NCBI GenBank assembly: GCA_964016885.1 | Contig: OZ024747.1 | Location: 7,130,001-7,194,000, forward strand | Reading direction: 5' to 3' | Source: Eledone cirrhosa | Taxonomy: Eukaryota | Length of the DNA stretch: 64,000 nucleotides | In this document: positions 27,465-41,040 of the stretch, piece after piece | How the letters are laid out: each line of letters starts with the position of its first letter | How positions within the stretch are numbered: position 1 is the first letter of the stretch | The notes under the pieces: model-generated | Seen by the model: only the letters and a program-made list of their open reading frames with translations | Told to the model about the DNA's origin: nothing | Database searches by the model: none | Translations under genes and position numbers: made by a program

Positions 27465-28019
27465 TTAATATTTTTTTAAGGCAACGCTTGTAATAACTCT
27501 AGTTAAACAGGATATATATTAATAATAAATTATCGTTGTAATGTAATTAGATTATGTAATTGTTATTATAAATTATCTTATAAATATTAGTGTAAGATGT
27601 ATAAAAATATTTTCAGACTTTTAATATAAACAACTACAAAAAACAATCAATATTAAATCAATATATTATACATAATAGAAAACATAAAATATACAATACA
27701 AAAACAAAATATTTACATACAATTGCAATTATCAGTGTATATACATTTTCTTTATATTCCCTGAGCAAATTAATAAGATTTGTTTTTATTGTACATAATT
27801 TGATGACTTGTTGGAGTGTATTAAAAGATAGCAACAATTTGTGATTAAATTGTTATCTTAAGCAACTCACTTTTTAATAGTTGTTGGCTGAGCGAAATTG
27901 TAAAAGCTTATGAGCAAATATAAAAAAAAATACACAAACAACATTTCCTTGTGTTATTACAACATTAGATAAAATAATTGAGCAATGTCGTTATATTTTG
28001 CTCTTATTGCACATTAATA

Positions 28020-28188
28020 GTGTTTCTATTTTTCGGCACAAATCCATTACGGCAGTCCATTACTGGTACTTTATTTTATCGAATTAGTAAGTATGAAAGT
28101 CGAAGTTAACCTCGGCAGGATTTGAACTTAGAATGCAAAGGACCATAACAATACTGCAAAGCATGGTGTCTGACGCTCTACCAATACT
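28020..28188 (-). mobile_element. SINE family A, diverged
   Basis: Consensus match. Confidence 0.85.
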
Positions 28189-28581
28189 TGTGTTGAGCTG
28201 GTCATTAATTTATGGTGGTCGTGCGTGGAGTAGAGCAATCGCTAGTTGAAATATTATGAACAAAACATTTTTATTTGCCGAAGAACATATTTTCAATACT
28301 GTTTGTGAATGTGACGAAGGAAATACATTCTGATATGGAACAGTGTACAAAGTGTGTCTGTGAATAGCATAATGTTACCTCATGTTGTTGTCAAGACATA
28401 ATGGATTTCGTATATCCAGTTAGAAGATGAAACTTAGCCATCTCGGATTAGTTATATTTCATGCCATGTGTAAACGTGTTTGAGGATAGCAAAATATGCG
28501 CGTTAATTATAATAATTAGTTAATAATATTACAAAATATACCTAATTAAACTCTTTGCTTGAAATTTTATCATTCTTCGTT

Positions 28582-28614
<33 letters not shown>

Positions 28615-29250
28615 GGAGAGAGAGAGAGAGAGAGATTTATCTAGTCCTTCGCTCAAGATTAATCTATAAGTTTAGATGTTTGGCTTCGTTTAAGTAAATA
28701 TTACAGTAAGATTTTTAATATAAACAACTACAAAAAACAATTAATATTAAAACGAAAAAATTATCAATGATAAAAGAAGCGGATGCAACTTTTTTTTTTA
28801 TAAAGTTATATTCCTGTTTCTTTAAAGAACATTTCATTTTTGTTCTATTATAGGCGAAATAATGCAATGGTTTAATAGGGAAGATATAACTTACGAATTA
28901 TGTCTCTAACCGTGTAACGCTTTTTAAGTAGATAACTACAATTGAAAATACTAAAGAAATGGAACCAACAATTCAATTTGAAAGTCGTCTAGTGACAGTG
29001 TATTACTGGTACTTTATTTTATCGACCCCGTAACGATGAAAGGCAAAAATGCAAATGCTTAAAATTTAAATTGCCTTAATTCTATCGTCTGCTGTTTCAT
29101 TAAAGGGAGATTATCGTCTGTATTTAATTCTATCGTCTACTGTTCCACTAAACAGATATACCTCCACTATCGTCTCTATTTATACATTTTAACTTATAAC
29201 TTATACACATTTGATTTGAAATATTTTATCTAGTCCCCCCTCTCAATATT

Positions 29251-29330
29251 ATGATGATTTCTTTCGAATGAAACAGTTCTAGTCCTGTAGAAGCCATTTA
29301 TATATATAATTGAACTGAGTTAAAAATTCA
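29251..29330 (+). mobile_element. PLE pLTR fragment with degenerate hammerhead
   Basis: ATGATGA-TTTCTTTCGAAT-GAAA-CAGTTCTAGTCCTGTAGAAGCC. Same family as 49726-49857. Confidence 0.6.
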
Positions 29331-30619
29331 CAATATTTATAATTAAATAAGCTCATATATATATGTGTGTATTTATCTGTTTATTGTATTATATATAATG
29401 TGTGTATATACAGGATGTCCCCCAAAAATATATACACACTTCAACAGCATTCTAACTATTGCCTGTACAGGTAATCAAAGTGTCAATCGAATGTTAGTTT
29501 CGTGTTTTAACAGTACAAATTTACAATACACACATAAAACCAGTGTATATACATACATGAGTGTGTATACACATACATGAATGTGTATATACAATATATA
29601 TGTATATATATATAGACACATATATTCACGGTGCAACGGTACATTAAAATATAGATGCGGGAGAGGGGGGGTGTATATATAGGGGCGCTGGGGATAAAGG
29701 AGTGTAAAGCGTGTGTAATTGATATATTGAAGGAGAGGAGCGTGCAGCGATAGAGTAACAAATATATAGAGAGGGGGAGAGATGGTATTGAAGGGGAGGA
29801 GTGCAAAGCGAAAGAGTAAGAGATATATATAGAGACGGAACAGATAGAGAGAAACAGGCGTAAGTAACAGTGGAAGAGATATAGAGAGAGGTACTCTGAT
29901 TGGTTGAAAATTAGCCAATGACATACGATCACCACCACCACGGCTATCCCCGAAAAATTTTTAAAGAAGCTAGGCATATATGTTAGAACACGAAAAGTGA
30001 ACATTCTGTTGTTTCACACTTTTCGTGTTCTAACAGATACATATATACATACATACATATATACATGCATACATATGGTTGTGCATCCATAAATACATAC
30101 ATCCATGCATACATACACACATACATACATACACATGCATATACACATACACACATACATACATACATACATACATACATACATACACACATACATACAT
30201 ACATACACACATACATACATACATACATACATACATACATACATACACACATACACACATACACACATACATACACACATACACACATACACACATACAT
30301 ACACACACACATACATACACATGCATATACACATACACACATACATACATACATACATACATACATACACACATACACACATACATACATACACACATAC
30401 ATACATACACACATACATACATACATACATACATACATACATACACACATACACACATACACACATACATACACACATACACACATACACACATACATAC
30501 ACACATACATACACACATACATACGTTTTCAGTTTTACTATAAACAGTAAGTAATGTATGTGGAGCAGTGTTTCCCAATATGGGGCGTGGCAATTGTGGT
30601 GATGGTGGGGAGGTGTAGG

Positions 30620-30774
30620 GTGGTGGATTGGCAGAATCGGTAGAGCGTCGGACATAGCGCTTTGTGGTATAGAGTTACGTCCCTTTACGTTCTGAGTTCA
30701 AATCCCTCCGGGGTTAGCTTTGCCTTTCATCCTTACGGAATCGATAAAATAAAGTACCAGTAATGTACTGGGGT
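30620..30774 (+). mobile_element. SINE family A, 3' clipped
   Basis: Consensus match. Confidence 0.9.
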
Positions 30775-31166
30775 ATGCATCTGTGTGTGAATGCATCTGT
30801 GTGTGTGAATGCATGTGTGTGCATCTATGTGTGTGAGTGCATGCGTGTGTATATGTGTGTGTATCTGTGTGTGTGAGTGCATGTGTGTGCATCTGTGTGT
30901 GAGTGCATGTGTGTGTGTGAGTGCATCTGTGTGTGAGTGCATGTGTGTGTGAACATGCATATATGTGTGTGTTTGTGTATCTGCTTGACCGTCTAACTAC
31001 CAATTTATATATGCATGTATGTATGTTTGTGTGTGTGCATGCATGTATGTATGTACGTATTTATGTATGTATGCATGTATGTATGTATGAATGTGTGTAT
31101 GTATGTGTGTGTATGTATGTATATATGTATGAATGTATGTATGTATGTATGTATGTATATATATAT

Positions 31167-31632
31167 GGGCAAAGGGCAAAGGACCTCTTAAGAGTCAATG
31201 GCCATCCAAAATCACCGGGAGAGATGACCCCTTAGCCTTTGTCAAGGCAGAATTCTAGGAGAAGGAAAACTCTGATATAACACCTGCAACCCTGATGGTA
31301 TCCAATGATGTTGACTTGTTCTTCTTTTTGGTAAATATCATCTTGATTAAGAGAGTGGGACTGGCTTTGTGCAGTGCCTTTGCTCACTATAAAAGCTTCA
31401 CGGCACAGGCATTGCTTTATATCTGGAGATCTCTCTGCTCTTGTCGTCACATGGTACCATGGGCCCAGCACTATGTGTCAATAATTGTCACAAGTGTAGT
31501 GTTTGTACCAGAGTTTCCAAGTCGCTGGTTGGACTAAAAAGTCACACTCGTTCAGCGCATCGGTAGGGGTTCTCCTACATGGATATAAGGTAGTGGCCGT
31601 ACTCGAAAACGAGTTGGCAGCCACCATGTACA
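31167..31632 (+). mobile_element. Bipartite non-autonomous RTE derivative
   Basis: 5' part is homologous to 56742-56780. 3' part encodes HKCSVCTRVSKSLVGLKSHTRSAHR* and the conserved tail hairpin. Confidence 0.75.
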
Positions 31633-31646
31633 TATATAAATATATT

Positions 31647-31720
<74 letters not shown>

Positions 31721-32040
31721 CGTGTGTGTGTGTAAAGCTATGGAACATGCATTACACTAACCTTCCCATGTAACAACAGGGAGTCGTGCCATACTGAGAT
31801 TCCCCAAATATTTGGGAGACCGTAATGTAGAAAGGAATTCACATTACAATTTCCACAGTCTTGTAAAACCATAAGGAAGTGAAACCCTCGCATACCACAC
31901 CACTTACATAATCCAGATTTATATTTCCGGCTCAACTGCATCAACATAAACAACAACATTATAAGTAGCAACAACGCCAGCAGTAGTAACAACAACAGTA
32001 GCAACGACAACAGCAGCAACGACAGCAGTACCAATAATGC

Positions 32041-32072
<32 letters not shown>

Positions 32073-32164
32073 ACAGCCATAACTACAACGGTAGCAGTAG
32101 CAACAACTTCAGCAACAACAACAACAACAACAACAACAACAAAATACAACAATAACAACGACAA

Positions 32165-33117
32165 TAATTGTTTCTGATTTTGGCAAAAGGCCAACAATTT
32201 TGGGGGAGGGGAAAGTCGATTAGATCGATCCCAGTGCGTGACTGGTACTTTATTTTATCGAATCGTTAAGGATGTAAGGAAAAGACCCTCCCTGAATAAA
32301 TACAGCGAAGCAAATAATACTTTCTGATCTAGACAAAAGGCCAGACATTTGGAGAGCGGCGTTAGTTAAATATACCGACCCAAATACTTGACTGCTACTT
32401 TTTTATCGACCCTGAGAGGATTAAAGGGAAAGCTGACGTCGTAAAGAACCGGAACTAATACTGCAAAGCATTTTGTCTGACGCTCTATCGCTTCTGCTAG
32501 AGGCTCAAAATCTTTGGGCTAAAAGCAGATAGAGCTTCCGTTTCTAATAAAAGGGAAAATGGCTAATCCGTACATTAAGACAATTGACCACACCATTTCT
32601 GACTACCCATTCCTTACTAAATCAGAGTATATCCATAAACTCGATTGAGTCACCTGCTTTATCTACTGGGCATTATGCCGACACTTTAAGAAAACATAGA
32701 AGTAGTATAAAGATATAGTAAAGGTGATAGTTGGCAACGATCTAACCATAATAATCTGAGACATGCTTGTCCAGACAAAATAGATTCAAATATATTTATC
32801 AAGAACAGGAACCATAGTAATATTAAAGCTACCGCCAAACTTAATAATTCCTTCTAACATTGGCTCAAGGCTAGACATTTCGGTGAAGGAGAAAATCGAT
32901 TATATTTGCTCCAGTATTTAACTGGTACTTTATTTTATCGACCATCCTTACCATTGGACTTAATAATTGTTTCTATTTTTGGCACACGGCCAACAATTAT
33001 CCCAGTACATTACTGGTATTTTATTTTATCGACCCCGTAAGGATGAAAGGCAAAGTTAACCTCGGCGGGATTTGAACTCAGAATGGCAAGGGCCGTAACT
33101 CTATGCGTCAAAGCATT
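32165..33117 (-). mobile_element. Cluster of four SINE family A copies or fragments; last copy (32963-33117) has a 16-bp TSD
   Basis: Consensus matches at 32165, 32320, 32850 and 32963. TSD CATTGGACTTAATAAT at 32952 and 33114. Confidence 0.85.
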
Positions 33118-34165
33118 GGACTTAATAATAATGTTAGCCAGTAGAAATATTACTAGTAGCGATGGTGACGAGACACTCCTGTGTCATATTTAAAGACTGG
33201 CAATAAATTCCACCTGTTTACCTACAACAATTCAGCGAGATTCTCTGGATTCTAAATACTAAGTTGCCAATATATATATCACACATCATCAATAACTTAC
33301 GAGCTTACAGAGAAGAGGATAACGTTAACTCCTACAAGTAACAGATAAAGAAAATGTTATTTTAACTACCACCTTATATTAAATGACACTATCAAAAATG
33401 TACAAATGAAAAGGAAAATTGTGACATTTCAATAACCAGTGGCATGGGCGACCGTTTGCAACATACTATTTCAAGCAATATAGAATATTTTAAGTAATAT
33501 AGAAGATGGTGTATGAGCCTTGTTCTCCGCCCTTCTTTGTAGTATACGAAGTTGACTTTTGTATCAGCCAACCTCTAAAGATGTCAGTCATAAGATGGAC
33601 ATTAGACCAAATGTACATCTTAGTATAGTCAAGCAATTTAACAAGAACATGGACACTTTTGGTAAACTATTGTAACTAAGGCTTTATTTAACGACATATG
33701 CGTCTCATTTATAGTATAATCAGAGTAGTTATAGAGCGTGGGCTTATGTATATAGAATCATATACTGTGTTTAATAAACATATTTAATCTTGCTGTGAAA
33801 TTAGGTCTCGTTGTTAAACTATTGGACTTTCGGCAGAAAAATAGAAAAAAAGAAAAATAGAAGAAAAGTTGAACGGACTATTTTTTGCCTTTCATTACAG
33901 ATTCATCAGGGATCGCTTATCTACGTCTTCTAAGCAGTAGAAAGTAATTAGCGTAGAGATAATTGTAAAAATGTATTAGCCAAGAGGTCTACTGTTTATT
34001 AAACATCTGGTTACGACTGTATTCTGGAGTAGTCTAGGTGTTCATGTCAACAATCAAAATACATTTTCTTCGTTGCCGAACTTCTATTTTAATGACTTCC
34101 GCTTGTCATTAATGCCACTTTAGATGTAAATCACACAAATTATCTTCTTCAGTCTTCTAGAGAAC

Positions 34166-34237
<72 letters not shown>

Positions 34238-34708
34238 CTATCTATATATATCACCCTCAACGCCACTCAGACATAAGTAAGTAGATTAACTCACGAATGC
34301 TAACATACATGCCTCTTGACGTCAACGAGCTAACGAGGGTGCTTCTATATTGTCGTTCGACCTGCTAGAAATATCACCCAAATCCCCCTCAAATCAAACC
34401 CAGCATTTAAAAAGAAGAATACAACGGATAATATAGTCCTAGGTATACTATGTCTGAAAAAAGGTAATATGGTTCGATCTGCTTGAAACAGCAGCCAAAT
34501 CTTTTAAAACTCACACTCTACCATTTTACGGGAGAGCGGGAAAAGCTTTGAGAGTAAGCCTGTTCGACCAAAGATCATCTGGAGCTAAATAAGAAAAACA
34601 TCTTTACTTCAACATTCATTTTATATATCTATACACACACTTACATGTATAAACAACTGATTTCTGAAGCATTAGGAAGTGACAGATATTACTTCCTCGT
34701 CTAAGTCT

Positions 34709-34834
34709 TCTGTATCTCTTCACCAGTAATAACCAGTCACTCAATCACCCAGCCAGAACATCTGAGATCAATCTGTATCTCTTCACCAGTAATAACCAGT
34801 CACTCAATCACCCAGCCAGAACATCTGAGATCAA
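34709..34834. repeat. Perfect 63-bp tandem duplication
   Basis: 34709-34771 is identical to 34772-34834. Confidence 0.95.
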
Positions 34835-35659
34835 TCACTATACTCTCGGATCTCGAATAATCGTTCCCCACTCCGCGCTTATTAATGTTTTAAATCCCCG
34901 CCCCCACTCTTATTCCACCCACCCCCTCCCGTTTATTAAATTTTGTTTTTGATATTTTATGCAATTGACGTTAAACTTACCGTTCGTTAGTTTAATGTAT
35001 TACCCTGGCCACCAGACCTCTCAAAAGTATTATATCAATTAGTAACCATTGTCGACGTTTCTCATCTATCAAAACTTTGTTATAGAATTAAAGAATGATA
35101 TCTTCGATGCTACAAAGGTTGGCAACCTCTAGTAGTACGCCATCAAGATCTGGTGAGTTTTCCTCCAATTACTTCTTGGTGGTCTGATATTAATTCATAC
35201 GAACAGTATTGCTGATTTCATTCCATCTGTTGTTAATAAAAGAGATGATAACATCCGGCATCATGTTGATTGTTCATAATATATGTGTGTGTCGACAGGT
35301 ATCGGAATATCAGCAACTAATATTATCTCTACTCCAATTATACAAACTCGGAGAGTGAGGGAGAATGTTCTCTGGCGTGCTGAACTTCTTGGTCCCAGCA
35401 GACTGGATGGAGGAATGGTTACCACGGAGGGTAGTGAGGGAGACGTGTTAAAATAGCGATTCCAACTCCACCCCGATAGCTGTGAATATGAGCTGGTTCA
35501 GGAACCAAGAACACCAGAAGTTTCTACTGCTATAGGTTCAACAACAAACCTATCTGAAAGAGGTCGTGTGAAAGGTACTAAGATTATTCCCAAATCTGGT
35601 AGAACAGAGAAAGCCACTTCTCTGCATGTGATGGTAGCTTCCTTTCTAAGCAGTTCTTT

Positions 35660-36050
35660 TCTTCTCTTCTTGTGACGCTAAACTCCGTTAGTTGCAGACT
35701 GCGTATCAACATGTGATATCTCTCTCCACAAAGTTCGATCAACCAACAGCAGAGTTTAAAGAGCAAAGATCAAGTCCAGTCCATAGGTTGACAATATCAA
35801 GCCATCATTTTGGCTGCCGGCCTCTGTTTCTCTTACCAGCCAACCTTCCTTCCAGGCAGAACCTACTCACACCACGAGTTGATCTTTTTATATGACCCTA
35901 TAGTTTGAGTACTCTTGACTTGACAATTGATGTAATTGGTTTAAGTTTGGTAATGTTGAGCAGCTCACTGATACAGATATGATCGTTGAGCCGATTGCCA
36001 ATCATAAGTCTCATGATGTGGTTCAGTTCGCTGAAATGTAAATGCACCAA
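35660..36050 (-). mobile_element. Decayed RTE-clade LINE 3' end
   Basis: ..RLNDHICISELL...VKSRVLKL*GHIKR..CLEGRLAGKRNRGRQPK*WLD. Confidence 0.8.
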
Positions 36051-36184
36051 CCACATTTTCATTCTATCTTCTTTACAGTTTCCTTTTAGGATGCCTTTCA
36101 TAGTTGTTTGTTTTCTTTGCATGTTAGATTCTGATAATTTCTAAATAAGAGTAAAACGAGTAATAAACCGTTAAGCTGTAAATC

Positions 36185-36257
<73 letters not shown>

Positions 36258-36376
36258 TCACCGTTTTACGTTCATTCTTCCTCGCTAGCATGGGGTAGAC
36301 GATATATATATATATATATATATATAGAGATTATATTTGGGAAAACCAAACAAGATAAAGAAGGTATATATATATA

Positions 36377-36445
36377 TACAGGGTGTCCCCTCAAAATGTA
36401 TACACACTTCAACATCATTCTAATACAAGAATGTATACATTTTTG

Positions 36446-36450
<5 letters not shown>
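36377..36450. mobile_element. Tc1/mariner-type MITE remnant (related end at 29409)
   Basis: TA-CAGGGTGTCCCC.AAAATGTATACA ... TGTATACATTTTTGGGGA inverted ends. Confidence 0.65.
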
Positions 36451-36533
<83 letters not shown>

Positions 36534-37876
36534 TGTGTGTGTCTGTTTGTATGTATGTGTGTCTGTGTGTTGCACATATATACATATACACACACAAGCT
36601 GCTGACAAAAAGAAAAAGACTGCAGTCTAACCCCGAGGCCTTATTTCATAACAAAATTAATTACACATGAATACATAACTCCGAATACATGTTTATTTGA
36701 GTCGTTTGACACCTCTCAGTCATAATGTATTTTTCTTATTGAAGGCGATACTCTAGTATGAGCTTATAATGGTTAAAACAAACCGAACTATTCTAGTAGA
36801 TAAAAAAGGGAGGAGCTCTGTTACCTTAGGCAGCTTAATTGTAGTTAAAGAAAAGCCTGGAAGGAATTAGCAGACGTTGTTGCCTGGAATGTGGCAGTGT
36901 GTGTGTGCGCATGTGTGTGTGCGTGTGCGTATACCTTTATAGAAGAGGGGTGGAGAAAGGGGAGATAAGTAGAAAAATGACAGCCATGCAAACAGATATG
37001 CTGATAGATAAATTGATAGATAAACAGATAGGTGTATAGATAGATAGATATTTGGAGTCAAATTGAGAGAGAAACACAGAACATTAAATAGCCAAAATCC
37101 TGCATACCTTTATGATTTTATATATTTGCATGCTTACTCTAACATACATATGTACTTCTGTGAGTTTTGTGTGTTCATATAAGTTTGTATATGTGTGTTT
37201 GAGTGAGCATATGTGTGTATTTCTTTGTGTTTGTGTGTACCGTACGTACATATAAATACAAATGATTATTTGTATGTGTAGACACATTTTGTTTATCTGC
37301 CACTCCCCTATTTACTCGAAAAGAAATAAAACCCCTACAAATATGGAGGAAAAATATATCAGATGATATATAAAGATAAGTGTCACTATCAAGCTGCCAT
37401 TACGACAATACATTTGGTGATAGTAAATTCCTCATTTAGCTAGCTCTCTTCCCCAAACCTGGCTTTCTACTTCTTGAAATATTTCAACCTTGAAGATCTG
37501 CCTCGACTATTCATCCGACATACAAGTTCAACTTACATTAAAGTACAGCACACACGTCTGAGATAAAATACCCCTAATCTACCCTCATTCAAACACAGAT
37601 ATTTGAGACTGCTTTGCAAACAGAAAATATGTCAGCCATACAATCGACCAGGCATATAAAAACAGATAGGATAAACAAAAAATACTCCAGTTTCTATAAT
37701 ACCATACTGTTCCCAATACGACGGGCCAGTACCTGTTGGAGTATTTTTCTATTATTATTATTGTTTTCTTGAGGGCGATGGATTGGCAGTATCGGTAGAA
37801 CGTCAGACGCCAGGCTTTCCAAGTACCAGTAATTCACTGAGGTAATTGCTGGCCTTGTGCCAAAAGTAGAAACAAT

Positions 37877-38057
37877 TATTTATTTGGTTCCTTTACCGGT
37901 TGGTTTCGCAGTTCTTCTGCTTTTCAAAAGTAGAGTTGAGATGGAGGGTCTGTGGTTTTTCTCACATCAGATGTGAGAAAAACCACAGACCCTCCATCTC
38001 AACTCTACTTTTGAAAAGCAGAAGAACTGCGAAACCGGTAAAGAAACCAAATAAATA
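37877..38057. repeat. Fold-back palindrome, about 90-bp arms and a 1-nt loop, with a hammerhead-like motif in each arm
   Basis: Centre CACATC-A-GATGTG at 37969. Arm contains TTGAAAA-GCAG-AAGAA-CTGC-GAAA-CCGGTA. Confidence 0.9.
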
Positions 38058-38163
38058 TATATATATATTTTTTTAAATAAGACTCAGTTGCATTTTCGAT
38101 TTCATCTTTTTTTCTTTATACTTTCACCTCGGTTATTTTTCATTTTGTAAAAAAAACCCTCAC

Positions 38164-38240
<77 letters not shown>

Positions 38241-38469
38241 TAAATTAGCGAGAATCGTATTTCAGCTCAGGAATTAACGAAAAACAACTTCCGAGATGTG
38301 TGGCAAGCGCTCGATGATTCATGTGAATCAGAGCTACAACATACGTTAAAGGCCAAACACACTGAGATGGTAGTTAAACTAATCATCCGCACGGTCAAAA
38401 AAACGACCAAGTAATTCGGGTCAAACAATAAAAGTATATGTGATTGATATATATATAGTAATAATAATA

Positions 38470-38676
38470 AATTTGAAGACTCAAATCCAAAGAGGATTAT
38501 CCAGATAAGGATAAATATATATCAAATATATAAGAACCGTAGAGCAAATATTTATTAAAATAACAGATTAAAGTTTAAGCAAAGAATCGCTGCTTTCACT
38601 CTTAACGGGATCTTCAGAAGATCCCGTTAAGGGTGAAAGCAACGATTCTTTGCTTAAACTTTAATCTGTTATTTTA

Positions 38677-38683
<7 letters not shown>
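38470..38683. mobile_element. PLE pLTR (minus strand) with fold-back palindrome 38549-38683 centred on the hammerhead core
   Basis: Centre CTTC-A-GAAG at 38616, 67-bp arms with 2 mismatches. Homologous to 19279-19425. Confidence 0.8.
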
Positions 38684-38729
<46 letters not shown>

Positions 38730-38754
38730 CATATATTCATACACATACACATAA

Positions 38755-38908
38755 GGAAGGCTTCCAGAATTTCCATCGACCAACTTTCACTCACAAGCCA
38801 TTTTTCAGCCTGATGTTAGGGTAGGAACGCCTTGTCTAAGATGATGTACAGTGGAATTGAACTCGTAAATATGTGGTTGTGAAAAGACCTTCTTAACCAC
38901 AGAGCCAA
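38755..38908 (-). mobile_element. Diverged tRNA-derived SINE, family C
   Basis: Minus strand TGGCTCTGTGGTTAAGAAG..GAGTTCAATTCCACTG. Related copies at about 41820-42240 and 59918-60020. Confidence 0.7.
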
Positions 38909-40028
38909 CCCAACGGAGAAAGTAAGTCAAAGTCGACTCTAGTGAGATTTGAAGCAAACTTACCCTTCCCCCTTTAAGGTATTTACTCCTGGAATTCACA
39001 GTTTTGTTTCTCTATACCCTCGTTAACGCCATCCAGTTGTATCTGTTTCCCGTCTTTATCCTCTGACACTCTTATTCAGGTTAATTAATATACACAAAAG
39101 AATAACCAGTGATATATTATTTTCTTTTCAAAACCTGTCCAATCAGAATTAATGTTTTTCATCGTAAAAACCTATCAGCTAAAAAAATCTACTCTCTTCT
39201 AATTAGCAGCTCATTATTTCTATTATTATTATTTATTCTGGAAAATATATTCCAGCTGCAGCTCGTAAAAGAGTGCGGTTCTAAGTGTTTATCTCTTCTG
39301 CTATCCTGTTAAAGGAGTTTTGTGAAAGACACATTCCTCAAATTAATGAGTTTCTAGTCAAATATAATGTCAGATTTAGTGAAGCCGTTGACCAACCAAT
39401 GGACAAAATAGATTGGCCAATGTTGAGTGCACATCTTTTACATTCTGGGTTAACCCTTGTGGGAACGACAAGGATGCTGAAGAAAAATAACTATGTAGTA
39501 TATAAAATTCTAATGTACCATTATAGTGATATCAAAGGACCTAATTTCCTATTTATGGCTCACGTTCATTTGGCAAAAGCGAAGCTAAAGAAAAAAAATA
39601 ACAGACATCACACATTTATAGAAAATAAATAGATAAATAAACAAAATAAAAATAATAAAAATAATAAAAATAATAGTATTTTTTATAATTTAGGCACGTG
39701 GCCAGAATAAATAATCAAGCTAGGAATGATTACTCTTGATTTAACACCAAAACAACTTTTGTATAATTAAATCTTTTGTCAATATATTATTAGTCCATAT
39801 TTCACGATCCTTATGAGTATGAAAGGCTAAGCCAACCCCAACGGAATTAGACTAAAAATGTAGATTTATGAAATATAGACAGACAGAACTAAAGGCTGCA
39901 AGGAGTTAGTTTTATCCAAACCATTCCATTTATTTTAAAAGATCACTCTCAGTAACTCGACTTAAGTACAAAGACATTTACTTGATTTAACATTTTAGTC
40001 AACCTTAGTATGTTGATATTTGTGTGTG

Positions 40029-40125
<97 letters not shown>

Positions 40126-40203
40126 AGCGCTTACCAGCATTTCTACGATTTTGCGTTTCGTTTCGCTTTTTCTACCAGCCGAAATACGATTCTCGCTGAA
40201 TTA

Positions 40204-40249
<46 letters not shown>

Positions 40250-40729
40250 CAATATCGGAGAAAGCTTTTTAGCGATACTCCGGCCAAATTCCAACTCACT
40301 CAACAAACATTAGGAAATAAGTGATTATATTCCCAATTCGGGGTGCTAACTAAAAGTATTGCGTGGAAAATTGGCTGTATTATTTCAAATGAGACATATC
40401 TAATATATCTCTTCCCAGACGGACGTCTCGTTTCATTATAGAACTCCTACAATTTGGGTGAAATTATATCAATTTATGCAGAAGCTTGTATACCATCAAT
40501 ATACACCCTAGAAGAAGAATTGGTAAAGTCGATTCCATCAGAATTTGAAATGAAAAACAAAGAAGATCTCCCCACGACCTAACAATGTTCTGTGCTCTAC
40601 CATTTATGTTAATTCAGTACTCTAAATACCTCCAACGATTTAAACAAACGGGTACAGGAATAGCTAACACTCGTTTGAAATAGCAGCGTTTTAAAGTCGA
40701 TTGTTGTTTTATTTTAGGTGAGGTTGTAG

Positions 40730-41040
40730 CTGTGTTTCTTTCTCTTTTGGGGATGAGTGTGGGGTGCGGTGTTGTGTTTCTGTTTTCTTTGGGGGGGGGG
40801 GGGGTATTTTTATTATTATTATTATTTTGGTGGGTAGGTGGGGAGTGTATTTCTATTGGGGTGGGGGTATTTTGGGGGGTGGTGTGGGGGTGGGGTATTG
40901 TTGTGTTTCTATTTTTGGGGGGAGGGGTGTTTTTTTTCCTATTTGGGGGTGGGGGAGGGTGTTATGTTTCTATTTTGGGGGGAGGGGTGTTGTTGTTTTT
41001 CTATTTGGGGAGGGGAGGGTGTTGTGTTTCTATGTTTTCT
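40730..41040. repeat. G-rich degenerate minisatellite (about 26-30 bp unit)
   Basis: Recurrent GTTGTGTTTCTATTT(T)GGGGGG(A)GGGT. Confidence 0.8.

Noticed and set aside
40170-40203. Hammerhead at GCCGAAATACGATTCTCGCT (paralog 38245-38265 minus)
   Set aside because: Only a possible 3' half. No CUGANGA found upstream in either copy.
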